Numbered from the stretch's first letter, positions 7,833 to 17,709 are shown. The stretch is DNA of 64,000 bases from Thermoproteota archaeon (GCA_038850115.1 JAWCMB010000002.1:4385-68384); one strand, 5' to 3'. The notes: generated by a model not told the origin, from the sequence alone. A program made the numbers and translations.

Positions 7833-8324
7833 CTAGACCATTCTCCGCAGAATCCAGCCCACCCTGTCACCCCAGTCCCCCAGCACCCCGCCCCTCTTAA
7901 CAGGCTTCTTAACACTCCTCTTAAACCCGCCCTTGGGCGGGGTTAGTCTGAAAACAGGCTTAACCGGCTTAATAGCTTCAGCCGGGGTGCTGCTCAGCCA
8001 GACTGCTTCAACCAGCTCATCCAGCGACTTAAACCCGGTGTATTTCGAAAGATTCTCGTCGCTTAAACGCCTGTTGCCTGGCAGCCTGCCCCTTTTCAAC
8101 AGGAGGAGGCGAAGCATACTCCTGTCAACCCTCCCCCAGAAAAGGCAGTCCTTAGCCTTTCTCAACATGCCTTCAGCCTGGGGAGTCAGACGGATGAGCG
8201 TTGAAGAGTAAACCCTGAGAAGCCTAAGCCTGCTCAGCGTTGCTGAAACATCCTTAGTAATGTTCACAGAGCCCCTTACCCTAACCACCACCGCGAGTGG
8301 AGGAAGATTCTCCTCAGCCTTCAA
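7833..8324 (-). CDS. rpl30: 50S ribosomal protein L30 (uL30)
   Basis: 163 aa. LAVVVRVRGSVNI.KDV..TL.RLRL.R....LIRLTP...GMLRK pattern. Confidence 0.85.
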   Translation of the reverse strand: MKAEENLPPLAVVVRVRGSVNITKDVSATLSRLRLLRVYSSTLIRLTPQAEGMLRKAKDCLFWGRVDRSMLRLLLLKRGRLPGNRRLSDENLSKYTGFKSLDELVEAVWLSSTPAEAIKPVKPVFRLTPPKGGFKRSVKKPVKRGGVLGDWGDRVGWILRRMV

Positions 8325-8973
8325 CGCGAACAGCCTCCGACGCTAGAAAGCTGGTTGTGAAAAGCTTTTTGAGAGCAAGGTAGGCGGCTGTGACGAATGA
8401 GTGGCTCGTAGAGGTTGAGCCCTTAGTCTTAGACCAGACGTCCCTTATACCCGCCAGCCTGAAAAGAGGCTTCGCAGCATCTCCTACAACCAGCCCTAGA
8501 CCCTTAGGCCCCGGGAAAAGCCCGACCGTGACGCTTCCAGTCTTTCCGAACGTCTTGGAAGGTATGGAGTGCGGCTCCCCGCATTTACACTCCCAGGAGC
8601 CGCATCCCCTGGGGACAGGTATTATGTTCAGCCTAGCCTTCCTCGCAGCCTTCTCAATCGCATCCCTAACCTGCTTAGCCTTGGCTGAGCCTATGCCGAC
8701 GTGACCATCCTCGTCCCCGACAACAACCAGTGCTCTGAAACGAGTCTTCTCGCCAGCGTCGCTCTGCTTTTGAACAGGGCTCATCGATATGACTTCCTCC
8801 CTTATCTTGCGCAGCAACAGGTCCATCGCCTCAGGCTCCCTGATCTTCAGACCCATGTTGAAAATGTCTTCAACAGACGAAACCCTGCCCTCTTTAATCA
8901 TCCTTATTAAAGGAGTTTCGACAGCAATTTCCCCGATAGCCTCCTCAGGCTCTCCCGTCTCCTCTTCAGCCAT
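8314..8973 (-). CDS. rps5: 30S ribosomal protein S5 (uS5)
   Basis: 219 aa. RFRALVVVGDEDGHVGIGSAKAKQVRDAIEKA...GLGLVVGDAAKPL..LAGI.DVW. Confidence 0.9.
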   Translation of the reverse strand: MAEEETGEPEEAIGEIAVETPLIRMIKEGRVSSVEDIFNMGLKIREPEAMDLLLRKIREEVISMSPVQKQSDAGEKTRFRALVVVGDEDGHVGIGSAKAKQVRDAIEKAARKARLNIIPVPRGCGSWECKCGEPHSIPSKTFGKTGSVTVGLFPGPKGLGLVVGDAAKPLFRLAGIRDVWSKTKGSTSTSHSFVTAAYLALKKLFTTSFLASEAVRVEG

Positions 8974-9541
8974 TTACCACAGCCTCCCTAATCCTGTTCT
9001 TAACCTCTTCGAAGACCCTCGGCATCTCATCCACCTTCAGGCCGGATTCAACATACCTTGAAAACCCTTCGCCTCCAGACGCTTTAAAAAAGCCGGCTAT
9101 GTGCTCCCCTGAAACCCTGTTCTTAGCCGGAAGCATAGACTCGTCAACCCTCACCTTGAACCCTGCGTCTAGAAGCCCGCTGCAGGCTGCGAAAACCCTC
9201 CCCCCCTTAACCGGCTTATGAAGCCCCGCATCCAGAACACCTTCTGAAACATTGTTCTTCAAACACCTTAGGCCGGCTAGGTATGCCGTGAGGTAGGCTG
9301 CCGGAGTATTGTTGAAGCTGAAGGGCCAACCGAACCGCTTAAGCTCCTGCGAGAACGCTGACGCCACCACAATGTCCCCAGTAGGCCTGCTTGAAACCGT
9401 GGACACGCGAACATGCTTGTTTGAAACCCTTACTACAACCCTGGGCAAACCCGACCTGAGAAGCCTTGTTCTCAAATAGTAGTCTGTGAGGCCTTTCCTG
9501 CGCCGTTTAAACTTAACCCTGTAGGATGCGGACCTAGCCAT
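8966..9541 (-). CDS. rpl18: 50S ribosomal protein L18 (uL18)
   Basis: 191 aa. YRVKFKRRRKGLTDYYLRTRLL.SGLPRVVVR.SNKHV. Confidence 0.9.
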   Translation of the reverse strand: MARSASYRVKFKRRRKGLTDYYLRTRLLRSGLPRVVVRVSNKHVRVSTVSSRPTGDIVVASAFSQELKRFGWPFSFNNTPAAYLTAYLAGLRCLKNNVSEGVLDAGLHKPVKGGRVFAACSGLLDAGFKVRVDESMLPAKNRVSGEHIAGFFKASGGEGFSRYVESGLKVDEMPRVFEEVKNRIREAVVNG

Positions 9542-9972
9542 TAAGCAGCCTCACCCCTCTCCTTCAAGGACGCAACATAGTTCATCAACACTCTTCTGCT
9601 TGGAAACGCTCCTCCCTTAACCATCAGGTAGAGCCTCCTGTAGAGCCTCCTTGAAATAATCTTCCTGTCACGAAGCTCCTTGAGAAGCCTTCTTTGAGCC
9701 CTGGCTTTCTCAACCCATGTCACAGTCACCCTGGCGCCTTTAGCACCTTTCCTGCTGCCCGGGCCGCTCCTGCCGCTTCTCACCCTGGTCCTGCCCCTGC
9801 TGGGCGTGGATGCAGGCCTCTCCCTTACCACGCCGCTTTTTATAAGCCTCCTGACGTCAGCCCTCGTCACAGCGTTCTCAACATCCTCAATCCTCTCTGG
9901 GTCTATCCATATTCTTGACACGCCAACTTTCAAAATATCCGCGGCAAGCCTCTTAACAGTCTTGACACTCAA
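9541..9972 (-). CDS. rpl19e: 50S ribosomal protein L19e
   Basis: 143 aa. KRLAADILKVGVSRIWIDPERIEDV..A.TRADVRRLIK.G. Confidence 0.9.
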   Translation of the reverse strand: MSVKTVKRLAADILKVGVSRIWIDPERIEDVENAVTRADVRRLIKSGVVRERPASTPSRGRTRVRSGRSGPGSRKGAKGARVTVTWVEKARAQRRLLKELRDRKIISRRLYRRLYLMVKGGAFPSRRVLMNYVASLKERGEAA

Positions 9973-10400
9973 CCTTCATCAGCCTTCTCAACAATCTTTT
10001 TCTCATAGTTCGCTACGACGAACCCCTTGGAGGACGCTTCTTTCGCAATGGCCTCTCGAAGCCTTCTCCCAAGCTTTGAGGAGAAAACAAGTATCTTGCC
10101 CTCTGGGGAGCCGGCTTCCTCCAGATCCTTTTTCGACGAGACCAGAACAGGCTTTAAGCCTGAAGGATGAAGGCCCCTCGCCTCCCTTGGCGTACCGTAT
10201 CCGATTCTAACGGTCCTAGGCCAGCCCTTAGCTCTGAGCCTCATCTTACTGTCTTTACCCCTTGGCTTACGCCAGCTTTCACTAAGCCTAGTGTACCTCC
10301 AGCTTTCCTGCCTGACGAAAACGGGCTTTGTTTCCCTGCGCCTCCTTCTCGAAGAAAGCATCCTCTTAGCTTCAGCGGTAGGCATCACTACTTCCTCCAT
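9969..10400 (-). CDS. rpl32e: 50S ribosomal protein L32e
   Basis: 143 aa. RQESWRY.RL..SWRKPRGKDSKMR...KGWP..V.IGYG.P...RGLHPSG. Confidence 0.9.
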   Translation of the reverse strand: MEEVVMPTAEAKRMLSSRRRRRETKPVFVRQESWRYTRLSESWRKPRGKDSKMRLRAKGWPRTVRIGYGTPREARGLHPSGLKPVLVSSKKDLEEAGSPEGKILVFSSKLGRRLREAIAKEASSKGFVVANYEKKIVEKADEG

Positions 10401-10963
10401 AATCCTTTCTCAACAACGTATATGCCGTCTATGTAAATCCTCGGATCCTTACCCTTAATTCTGGTGGCTGATTCAAACATCGCCGCCACCTGAGTAACCT
10501 CGTTCTTGTCAAGCCCGGTGACGATTATATCTTGCCCAGAAACCTGAATGTCGACGCTTGGAAACGAGACTTTGAAGAGCCTCGGCGATTTTTCACCCAT
10601 GAAGTTATGTATGGAAACAATCCTCGTGGATTTGTCGTACTTAACTGTAACTGGAAAGTGGGAGTAGACCACCTTCAGCTTAGCCGCATACCCGTGGAGA
10701 ACGCCTTCAATCATGTTTCTGACGAGCTTGGCCACTGTCCCCACTCTAGCCCTAAACCTTCTGCCTTCATTGACGCTGAAAACCTTCAAAGCATTTCCTT
10801 CAAGAACCAGTTTTAAACCTGTGTGCGAGAAGTCCTTAGAAATCTTTCCAAGCGGACCCTCCACGGTCAGGGTTAAATACTGCAGGCTGATTTTCACATC
10901 AGCCGGTGCTTCAACAGTCTCAACGTATGCAGCCGACTCCAGAATGCTAGTAGACATATGCAA
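10388..10963 (-). CDS. rpl6: 50S ribosomal protein L6 (uL6)
   Basis: 191 aa with two-domain uL6 pattern (...VTVEGPLGK...[11 protein letters not shown]...). Operon position is correct. Confidence 0.9.
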   Translation of the reverse strand: MHMSTSILESAAYVETVEAPADVKISLQYLTLTVEGPLGKISKDFSHTGLKLVLEGNALKVFSVNEGRRFRARVGTVAKLVRNMIEGVLHGYAAKLKVVYSHFPVTVKYDKSTRIVSIHNFMGEKSPRLFKVSFPSVDIQVSGQDIIVTGLDKNEVTQVAAMFESATRIKGKDPRIYIDGIYVVEKGLWRK

Positions 10964-11348
10964 TCAGCCTTCCTCCGATCTTCCTGCTCTTAGCCTCCGA
11001 ATGCGTTATTAAACCGGATGGTGTTGAAACGATTAGAACCCCCACGCTGTAGGCAGGGAGAAACATTTTCTCAAGCTTCTCAATATCTCTGTGGGAAGCG
11101 GGAAGCCTCGGCTTAATCGCCCTACACTTGTTGATCCTCCCTATCAGCTGGACCCTGAAGAACCCCGCCTTACCGTCGTCGACGAACTCGAATTCCCCTA
11201 TGTAGCCGGACTGCTGAAGTATCTTAAGCACATGGCCTATAAGGTTTGAGGCGGGAGAAATCACGCACTCCCTCTTCCTCCTAAGGTCAGCGTTTTGAAG
11301 AGCCGTCAACGCGTTCGCCAGAGGATCATTAAGAGTCATAGTCAACAC
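10947..11348 (-). CDS. rps8: 30S ribosomal protein S8 (uS8)
   Basis: 133 aa. [17 protein letters not shown]...[25 protein letters not shown]. Confidence 0.9.
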   Translation of the reverse strand: MLTMTLNDPLANALTALQNADLRRKRECVISPASNLIGHVLKILQQSGYIGEFEFVDDGKAGFFRVQLIGRINKCRAIKPRLPASHRDIEKLEKMFLPAYSVGVLIVSTPSGLITHSEAKSRKIGGRLIAYVY

Positions 11349-11349
11349 C

Positions 11350-11511
11350 CTAATTATACTTCTTGAAGCCTAGCAGTGGAGCAACCTCCCTGAAGCAGTG
11401 CCTGCAATAGTTCAGGCCGTACTGCCTGATTATAGGCCCGTATGCGCCGCACCTGACACAGGGTCTAGAGCCCTTGCCGAAAGACCTCTTCCTAGGGTTT
11501 TGACGAGCCAT
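11350..11511 (-). CDS. rps14: 30S ribosomal protein S14 (uS14, zinc-ribbon type), 53 aa, below the ORF-track cutoff
   Basis: Hand translation [53 protein letters not shown] with CxxC...CxxC. Fills the gap between rpl5 and rps8. Confidence 0.85.
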   Translation of the reverse strand: MARQNPRKRSFGKGSRPCVRCGAYGPIIRQYGLNYCRHCFREVAPLLGFKKYN

Positions 11512-11512
11512 G

Positions 11513-12052
11513 TTAAACAACCTCCAGGCTAAACCGCTCCCTCATAAAGTTAATCGCCTCCTCCCTGGTGACTCTTTGAGCCCTGCCTACGCTGCTCCTC
11601 CGGCGCCTCCTATACATCACGCGGAACCCTGGCCTGCAAAGCTTAACGCAAACATCCATGCCGAGCACACCGGTCTTAGGATCATACTTAACCCCTGGAA
11701 ACTGAATATGCTCCTTGACGCCGAAGCTGAATACACCGTTCTGGAAGCTGGACGCCTCCACCTTCCCACCAACAGCGCTTAAAGCCCTCTTGAGAAAATC
11801 CTCAGCCTTACTGCCCCTAAGAGTCACTATTGCCGCAATAGCTTCACGCCTCCTCACGCCGAACTCCTTTATGGTTTTCCTGGCTCTTCTTTCAGCCGGC
11901 TTCGCCCCGGTTAGGAGGGCCAGAACATGCTTAGCCTTCTCCAGCGGCTCACCAGGCTTACCTGGACATATGTTGACAACAACCTTCTCAATCCTTATCC
12001 TTCTCATAGGATTCCCGGTCCTGCTTCTCTCCTCTAAAACAGTTTCAGCCAA
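11513..12052 (-). CDS. rpl5: 50S ribosomal protein L5 (uL5)
   Basis: 179 aa. [16 protein letters not shown]......L.KA..VL..LTG.KP. Confidence 0.9.
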   Translation of the reverse strand: MAETVLEERSRTGNPMRRIRIEKVVVNICPGKPGEPLEKAKHVLALLTGAKPAERRARKTIKEFGVRRREAIAAIVTLRGSKAEDFLKRALSAVGGKVEASSFQNGVFSFGVKEHIQFPGVKYDPKTGVLGMDVCVKLCRPGFRVMYRRRRRSSVGRAQRVTREEAINFMRERFSLEVV

Positions 12053-12756
12053 GGCCTATCCCTCCCGACGATCATAACGTAGTCCCTTACCGTGTTAACC
12101 TCCCTCCCATCTCCGAGAGCCAGCGTAACCATGCTCTCCCTCAGCAGGCTAGACTCCGAGACTTTTTTAACGACACCAATAGTGCCCGCACGCTTACCCA
12201 TGAAAACATACCCCGTGTTCCCCTCGGCAAGCGGAGCCTTGTCTACGACGACACCGTCTGGAATCTTCACGAGAAGCGAGCCGCCTATGTTTAAAGACTG
12301 CTCGTCTGTCTCAAAAGTCCTGCCATCTTCCGTTGAAAACCTAAGCCTGCCTCTGTAAAGATGCTTCCCGTTAACCCTGCATATCTTCAGAGAGGCCTCC
12401 TCCGGAGGAACCTCTATCGGCGTAAGCCTACCCTTCTCGTTAACGAGAACCCGGTAGTGTCTGCCAAGCTCCTTAACGCTTACAACATCCATAATGCCGA
12501 CTGGAAACTTGTAGGAGGTTCTCGCAACCCCGTCTACGAGAATCATCGAGTGGCCTATCACGTACTTGGCCTCCCTACCTGTCTCAGCCATTTTCAAAAC
12601 GTCTCTGACGACAACCTGCAGAGGAAGAGAGAGGGAAAGGCGATGCGGACCCGGCTTAGGCTTAGCGACAAACTTCTTCTCCTTAACGCTGGAAACCTGC
12701 ATCACCGGCGGGGCAGCATATCTCTTCAGGCTCCTAGAGCCTCCTTTACGAGCCAT
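12034..12756 (-). CDS. rps4e: 30S ribosomal protein S4e
   Basis: 240 aa. GGSRSLKRYAAP......KEKKFV.KP.PGPH....SLPL... Confidence 0.9.
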   Translation of the reverse strand: MARKGGSRSLKRYAAPPVMQVSSVKEKKFVAKPKPGPHRLSLSLPLQVVVRDVLKMAETGREAKYVIGHSMILVDGVARTSYKFPVGIMDVVSVKELGRHYRVLVNEKGRLTPIEVPPEEASLKICRVNGKHLYRGRLRFSTEDGRTFETDEQSLNIGGSLLVKIPDGVVVDKAPLAEGNTGYVFMGKRAGTIGVVKKVSESSLLRESMVTLALGDGREVNTVRDYVMIVGRDRPWLKLF

Positions 12757-13093
12757 CCTGTGAAACCTCCTCAGCAGGCTTAAGCTTCCTCTCTATCAAA
12801 CGCTTCCTCCACTTATCCTTATCATCAACCTTCACAAGTATGACGGAGGCCACAGGTATGGGTATTAAGCGCTGCTCGCCGCGAGCATTCTCACGGTAGA
12901 CTCCTGAAACATACACGCGGCCCCTAGCCCTGTCAACCCTGTTCACATCCCCCTCGACACCCTTGTAGTCCCCCCTGATTATCATAACCCTGTCCCCAGC
13001 CCTAACCGGCAGGCTTCTGAAACCATACTTACCTCTGAGCTCACGGCTCAGATGGACGGAGGAAGCCTTGTATGCTAAGTGTTTCTCGTTCAT
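12746..13093 (-). CDS. rpl24: 50S ribosomal protein L24 (uL24)
   Basis: 115 aa. KOW motif RAGDRVMIIRGDYKGVEGDV.RVD. Confidence 0.9.
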   Translation of the reverse strand: MNEKHLAYKASSVHLSRELRGKYGFRSLPVRAGDRVMIIRGDYKGVEGDVNRVDRARGRVYVSGVYRENARGEQRLIPIPVASVILVKVDDKDKWRKRLIERKLKPAEEVSQDGS

Positions 13094-13101
13094 TCTCCCA
13101 C

Positions 13102-13539
13102 CTACACCACCGACGAAGCCAGTGCTGAAAGCTTAGGCCACAGGTCTACAGCCTCCTTGGCAACCGGGCCCTTAACCTCAGTACCCTTCAAGTCCCCCTC
13201 CGGAGTCATTAACACGGCAGCATTATCCTCGAAAACAACTCTCAACCCGTCTCTCCTCCTCACGGGGAAACGCTGCCTAACTATTATCGCCTTCATAAGC
13301 TTATTCTTAAGATCTGGAGTACCCTTCTTAACTGAGACGGTCACCAAGTCGCCGACCTTGGCTGAGGGCACACGCCTAAGCCTGCCTCCTGACTTAGCAA
13401 CCTGAACGATCCTGAGGAGCTTTGCACCAGAGTTGTCGGCGCAGAAAACGTTTGCGCCAACAGGCAGCCCCCTGGAGCCGCGTAGCCTATACTCTAGAAT
13501 ACCCTTAGCGGAAACCGCCCTGGATTTCTTCACAGCCAT
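13102..13539 (-). CDS. rpl14: 50S ribosomal protein L14 (uL14)
   Basis: 145 aa. GLPVGANVFCADNSGAK.L.I..V......RR.P.A.VGD.V.VSVKKG. Confidence 0.9.
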   Translation of the reverse strand: MAVKKSRAVSAKGILEYRLRGSRGLPVGANVFCADNSGAKLLRIVQVAKSGGRLRRVPSAKVGDLVTVSVKKGTPDLKNKLMKAIIVRQRFPVRRRDGLRVVFEDNAAVLMTPEGDLKGTEVKGPVAKEAVDLWPKLSALASSVV

Positions 13540-13540
13540 T

Positions 13541-13864
13541 CTAACCCACCTTCCCCAGCACTACAAAGTGCACCGTCTTGCTTAAAGGCCTGCTTTCACC
13601 TATTATAACTCTATCCCCCCTCCTGGCGGCGATGCAGGGAGGGTTATGGGAGGGGATCCTGCTCCTCTTCCTCATGTAGCGCTTGTACTTCGGAACATAC
13701 TGCAGATGCTCCCTCATAACAACCACGGTGCTCCTCATCCTGTCTGAAACCACAACCCCTTCGAAGACGCTTCCCCTGACCCTGACGCTTCCGTGGAACG
13801 GACACTTCTTATCGCTACACCTATTCTCCGGAGGGGAAATGTTCAAATCCTTCAGGAAGCTCAC
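13541..13864 (-). CDS. rps17: 30S ribosomal protein S17 (uS17)
   Basis: 107 aa. C.D..CPFHG...VRG..FEG.VVS..M..TVVV.RE...YV.KY.RY. Confidence 0.9.
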   Translation of the reverse strand: MSFLKDLNISPPENRCSDKKCPFHGSVRVRGSVFEGVVVSDRMRSTVVVMREHLQYVPKYKRYMRKRSRIPSHNPPCIAARRGDRVIIGESRPLSKTVHFVVLGKVG

Positions 13865-14130
13865 GGGTCCACCCTCCTCGTCCTGTCCTCAGGCCTGTAG
13901 AGGATCAAGTTGCCTTCAACAGCAACATCTGAGACGCCGAGTTTGAAAACGAACTTCTTATTCTTCTTAGGTACTGTTAAACGTCTGCCTTTCTCGGAGA
14001 CGATGGTGAAAGTGTTCCTCGTCTCCCAGACAACTCTGCCTGAGGCGACTGTGGAGCCCCTGCTCAAATCCACCACTCTAACAGGAAGCCCTATAAGCTC
14101 ATGGTTCGCAAGGTTGCTAGGCGTCCTCAT
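13861..14130 (-). CDS. rnp1: RNase P protein component 1 (Rpp29/Pop4)
   Basis: 89 aa. HELIGLPVRVVD......ASGRVV.ETRNTF.I......R..VPK. Lies in the conserved rpl29-rnp1-rps17 position. Confidence 0.8.
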   Translation of the reverse strand: MRTPSNLANHELIGLPVRVVDLSRGSTVASGRVVWETRNTFTIVSEKGRRLTVPKKNKKFVFKLGVSDVAVEGNLILYRPEDRTRRVDP

Positions 14131-14333
14131 CTACCCTCCTCCTCTCTTTCAACCGTCAGTATCCTGGCTATAGCGCGCTTCAACTCTCTAACCGTCTTAG
14201 TGTTCTCCTCCAGACCTGAAGCAGTCCTCATCCTAGCAGTCATAAGCTCGCTCTTAAGCTCCTGGAGCCTTTTAAGCCTCTCCTTCTTAGACATGGATCT
14301 TATTTCACTCGCCTTTAGCCTCGCCAACCACAC
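14127..14333 (-). CDS. rpl29: 50S ribosomal protein L29 (uL29)
   Basis: 68 aa helical. LKASEIRSMSKKERLKRLQELKSEL...VRELKRAIARILTV. Confidence 0.85.
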   Translation of the reverse strand: MWLARLKASEIRSMSKKERLKRLQELKSELMTARMRTASGLEENTKTVRELKRAIARILTVEREEEGR

Positions 14334-14955
14334 CAGCCTCCTGCAGAGCCTCCATTACCTGAACCTCATCCGGGAAGGATACTTTACGGAGAATCTTAAC
14401 CTTGACTCCTATTAAGCCCTGGGGCAGCAGAATGCTCGCCCTCCCGATTTTAACATGCTTCGCAGCAGGGTCCCCAGCCGTAGGCATGTATCCGTACGTA
14501 AACTTTTCAAACCTACTTCTGTCAGTCGTCAGCTTGCCAGCCACCCTTATCTCACATCCAACGGCGCCGGCTGCAGCTATTCTTCTCAACGCTATCCTGG
14601 CCGCCCTACGGTATTTAACGCCACGCTCCAGAGCCCGGCATATCATTTGCGCAACCAGCTGAGGCTCCAGGTCAGGGTTCTCAACCTCAGTCACGTTAAC
14701 CTGAGGATTATCGAGGCCGAACTTGGTTTGAAGAGCGTTTTGAAGCTCCCTTATGTTCCTCCCGTCTGGGCCTATAACGAGCCCCGGCTTACTCGTGTAT
14801 ATTGTGACGATCAGGCCCATCGGAACATTCAGAAGCCTCACGCCATTATACCCAGCCTCCTTCAAATAGTCTCTCAGGAAATCGTCAACCTTCTGGTGGA
14901 GCTTCCCAAACTCGAGGACCCTCCTGTAGAAAATCATCTTCTTTCTAGAAGACAT
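14305..14955 (-). CDS. rps3: 30S ribosomal protein S3 (uS3)
   Basis: 216 aa with a KH domain. GLVIGPDGRNIRELQ...RALERGVKYRRAA..ALRRI..AGA.G.EI...GK. Confidence 0.9.
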   Translation of the reverse strand: MSSRKKMIFYRRVLEFGKLHQKVDDFLRDYLKEAGYNGVRLLNVPMGLIVTIYTSKPGLVIGPDGRNIRELQNALQTKFGLDNPQVNVTEVENPDLEPQLVAQMICRALERGVKYRRAARIALRRIAAAGAVGCEIRVAGKLTTDRSRFEKFTYGYMPTAGDPAAKHVKIGRASILLPQGLIGVKVKILRKVSFPDEVQVMEALQEAGVVGEAKGE

Positions 14956-14956
14956 T

Positions 14957-15433
14957 TCAACCAGCCTCCTCTACGGCGATAGCCTCGACGTGCGTCAGGG
15001 TTTCGAACCTGGGTGAAGCCCTTCCGAAAGCCCTAGGCGTGTACCTTTTCAGCTTCCTCCCGCGGTGGACCACCACTCCGGTTATCCTCATCTTCTCCGG
15101 GGAAAGACCCTTAAACTCGGCGTTAGCCTCAAGCTGAGACAGAAGCCTCAGGAAAAACCTGGCGGCCTTAACAGGGTACCTCCCAGAGCCGGTTTTAAAA
15201 ACCCCGCGCCTATGCGGAACCTTCTTCCTATACCTTTTAAACGGCACCGGGAGCCTTTTACCAGCAACAGCCTCCAGCCTCTCCCTGGCCTCGGGAACCC
15301 TTAAACCGCCTATAAACCTGGCTAGTTCAACCGAGTGTTTAGGGGACACTCTAACCTCTCTAAGGCTGGCCTTAGCCGAACGGGCCTTATCCACCTCCAC
15401 CAGACTGTATTTGAAGCTTGGCAAACTTAACAC
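14957..15433 (-). CDS. rpl22: 50S ribosomal protein L22 (uL22)
   Basis: 158 aa. A.L.EVRVSPKHSVELARFI.G..V.EA...LE.V.....PVPF.RY. Confidence 0.9.
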   Translation of the reverse strand: MLSLPSFKYSLVEVDKARSAKASLREVRVSPKHSVELARFIGGLRVPEARERLEAVAGKRLPVPFKRYRKKVPHRRGVFKTGSGRYPVKAARFFLRLLSQLEANAEFKGLSPEKMRITGVVVHRGRKLKRYTPRAFGRASPRFETLTHVEAIAVEEAG

Positions 15434-15540
15434 CCTTTAGCTTGCGGGAGCAGGACAGGAATATGTGCCAATTATTAAATATTTTGCCTGCTTATAGGCA
15501 AGGCTTAAATCCTAGGATAAAGTAGCTTTAGCGATAGAAA

Positions 15541-15765
15541 ATGAGTAAGGAGGCTGAAGCTGAGCCAAGCATACGTAGAGCAGTAAACGTCGAGAAGCTC
15601 GAGAGGACTCCTGAAGGATACGTTGCACACGTTAAGTCGCTCGAAGGACTCAGGAAGATAGCTACAATACTGAAGAAACCCATGGTCTCCGTTAAGGACA
15701 GCGGCGAATACCTGGTTGTGGATGAAAGGGTAACCTACGTTTGGAAGGAGCAGCCTAAGAAGTAA
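15541..15765 (+). CDS. Hypothetical 74-aa protein inserted antisense between rps19 and rpl22
   Basis: Clean ATG ORF (MSKEAEAEPSIRRAVNVEKLERTPEGYVAHVKSLEGL...). Has AT-rich TATA-like sequence upstream and a T-run (15788-15795) downstream. I recognised no family. Confidence 0.45.
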   Translation: MSKEAEAEPSIRRAVNVEKLERTPEGYVAHVKSLEGLRKIATILKKPMVSVKDSGEYLVVDERVTYVWKEQPKK

Positions 15766-15800
15766 TAGGGCTGGACACTTACCCCAATTTCATTTTTTCT

Positions 15801-16211
15801 TCATTTCAACGGCACGTAAGTAGAAGCTTTGCTGGCTCCTACACCAGGCTTCCCATGCGTAACTCGCTTGTTGGTTATTGCAAACTCGCCAAGATAATGG
15901 CCAACCTTATCGAGAGTAATCTCGACAGGTATGAAATCCTTGCCGTTGTGAACCTCGATCGTCAATCCAACCATCTCTGGGAGAATAGGCATGTCTCTCC
16001 TGTGAGTCCTTATCCTCCTAGGCTGGACCCCGGTGGAAGCCATTTCAGCCTTAACCCTCCTAATATTCTCCAGCAGTTTCCTAGCCTCAGGGTGAAGCCC
16101 CCTTCTAAGGCTCCTCCTGACACGGGCTGGGAGAAGCCTCATCAACTCGTTCATCGAAATACTGTTCAGCTCCTCCAGAGTCCTACCCCTGTATGTTTGA
16201 ACTGTAGACAT
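15801..16211 (-). CDS. rps19: 30S ribosomal protein S19 (uS19)
   Basis: YRGRTLEEL......EL..LLPAR.RRSL.RGL......L...HNGK.F..V.I....[11 protein letters not shown] 16211 is preferred over the track TTG 16232 because TATA GGTTATATAGCC lies about 21 nt upstream of it. Confidence 0.85.
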   Translation of the reverse strand: MSTVQTYRGRTLEELNSISMNELMRLLPARVRRSLRRGLHPEARKLLENIRRVKAEMASTGVQPRRIRTHRRDMPILPEMVGLTIEVHNGKDFIPVEITLDKVGHYLGEFAITNKRVTHGKPGVGASKASTYVPLK

Positions 16212-16363
16212 CCCTAACCATTCGGCGAGCAAGGCTATATAACCCTTTTCCCCTATCCTAGTCTAAACAAATAGTGAAAGAGGCTTTGAAAGCCTTAAAC
16301 AAGGTACATCAGCCTCAGCTTATTCGGAGCAGAATCTGATTACAGGTTAAGAGGCTTGGAAAC

Positions 16364-17476
16364 CTAATCCAGACGCCCAAGCTCAGCGCAAAGATCCAGG
16401 TAGAGTTTCACAGCCTGCGGAGGAGTATTCCACGGAATATGATTCCCGATGCAGAAGGCGTAGCCCCCTGCTTTTTTAGCGGTCTCCACCATTCTCCGCA
16501 CCATTTTTTCAATCTCAACCGGGTCGTTGCGCAAGAGTATGCGGCAGTCACCCTCGCCAGCCAGGAAAACATCCGGATGCTTATGCGCTATAGCCTGAAT
16601 ATTCGTGTAGGGCTCAGTGATTATTCCTTGGGCGCCGCAAGCGAAAACGTCTTCTGCAAAAACATCAACACACCCGTCTGACATGAAGATAACAGTCTTG
16701 CCAGCGTCCCTTAGGATCCTCCAGAACTCTCTGTAGCGTGGAAACACGTGTCTCCGCATCCAAGCCGGGGAGAGAATAGGCCCGCTGGAAGTAGCAATAT
16801 CATCGTGGCAAACCACGAAGTTAACAGGCAGCCTTGCGAAAACCCTGAAGACACGCCTGCTGAGCTCGGCAAACTCATCCATTATTCTTTCGAAACGCTT
16901 ATCCAAACAGGTTCTCAGAAACAGTCTCCACCCGAAGGTGAGAAGCGGCCACATGAACATTGTGTTGTAGAAAGAAACTGAGGCTGTTGAGCCCTGCGGA
17001 GCCTCATCCCCCCACTCAACAGGGTAGTGGGCGCGATACTCGCGGTAAAGCTTCTCCTCGTCACGGTAGTCACGAGACTCAACCACAGGAATATTAGTGA
17101 AGTCGCCCTGCTTCAGCGGGGAGAAGGCGAACACATCCTCCGGCGTCTTGAAAAGCTCCCCCCAGTTCCAATGGTTGCTGAGGGAATCACCCCATCGGAC
17201 ATGCCTACGACCATGCTCGTCAACATACGAGCTCCCACCGTTCATCAAGCTCTCTGGACGGGGAATAGGCTCGTCCCTCTCAGGAACCGGGAGCTCAAGC
17301 TGCGGGTAGAGCTCAGCCATCTTCAAACGGCAGAGACGAGGATGCTCATAGTAGTCTATGCCAGTAATGTATGTTTCAGCATCAGGACAGGACCAGTGTT
17401 CCAAGTGCGGGACACGCTTAGGCCTGCCGAAACGGCCTCCCGTGAGAGCCAGAAACCTATCGCTGTACGTGACCAT
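16364..17476 (-). CDS. Uroporphyrinogen decarboxylase (URO-D/MtaA-like) superfamily protein
   Basis: The C-terminal half (VVCHDDIATSSGPILSP.W.R..VFP.Y.....I...GK.VIFMSDG....F..) resembles URO-D-like enzymes. Start moved to ATG 17476 (MVTYSDRF), with TATA TTTAAAA 26 nt upstream; the track ORF extends to 17653. Confidence 0.45.
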   Translation of the reverse strand: MVTYSDRFLALTGGRFGRPKRVPHLEHWSCPDAETYITGIDYYEHPRLCRLKMAELYPQLELPVPERDEPIPRPESLMNGGSSYVDEHGRRHVRWGDSLSNHWNWGELFKTPEDVFAFSPLKQGDFTNIPVVESRDYRDEEKLYREYRAHYPVEWGDEAPQGSTASVSFYNTMFMWPLLTFGWRLFLRTCLDKRFERIMDEFAELSRRVFRVFARLPVNFVVCHDDIATSSGPILSPAWMRRHVFPRYREFWRILRDAGKTVIFMSDGCVDVFAEDVFACGAQGIITEPYTNIQAIAHKHPDVFLAGEGDCRILLRNDPVEIEKMVRRMVETAKKAGGYAFCIGNHIPWNTPPQAVKLYLDLCAELGRLD

Positions 17477-17709
17477 TTTCAGAAAAAAGTTTCTAACAAC
17501 GCTTTTAAACCCTGTTTTCAAGCCCTGGCTCAACATTAAGTCTTTGAACACGCTAAGTTTTAGGACTAGGCGGCTAGCCCATCTGCTTGCCAGAATGGAG
17601 AATGTAGCATGACGCATGGAAGGATCAGCGAGAACAAGGGGCTTTGAAAGCAAGCATTCCAGCCATTTAGGTTTAAATCCCCAGCTCTGTTTACACGTGG
17701 GAGAGAGAA

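Noticed and set aside
17477-17653. N-terminal 59 residues of track ORF 16364..17653. The same issue applies to 24579..24671 of porG, 35035..35127 of Cgi121 and 35041..35097 of the PRTase.
   Set aside because: The extensions lack family similarity. Internal ATGs sit at the correct distance from TATA-like boxes and at the conserved N-termini.
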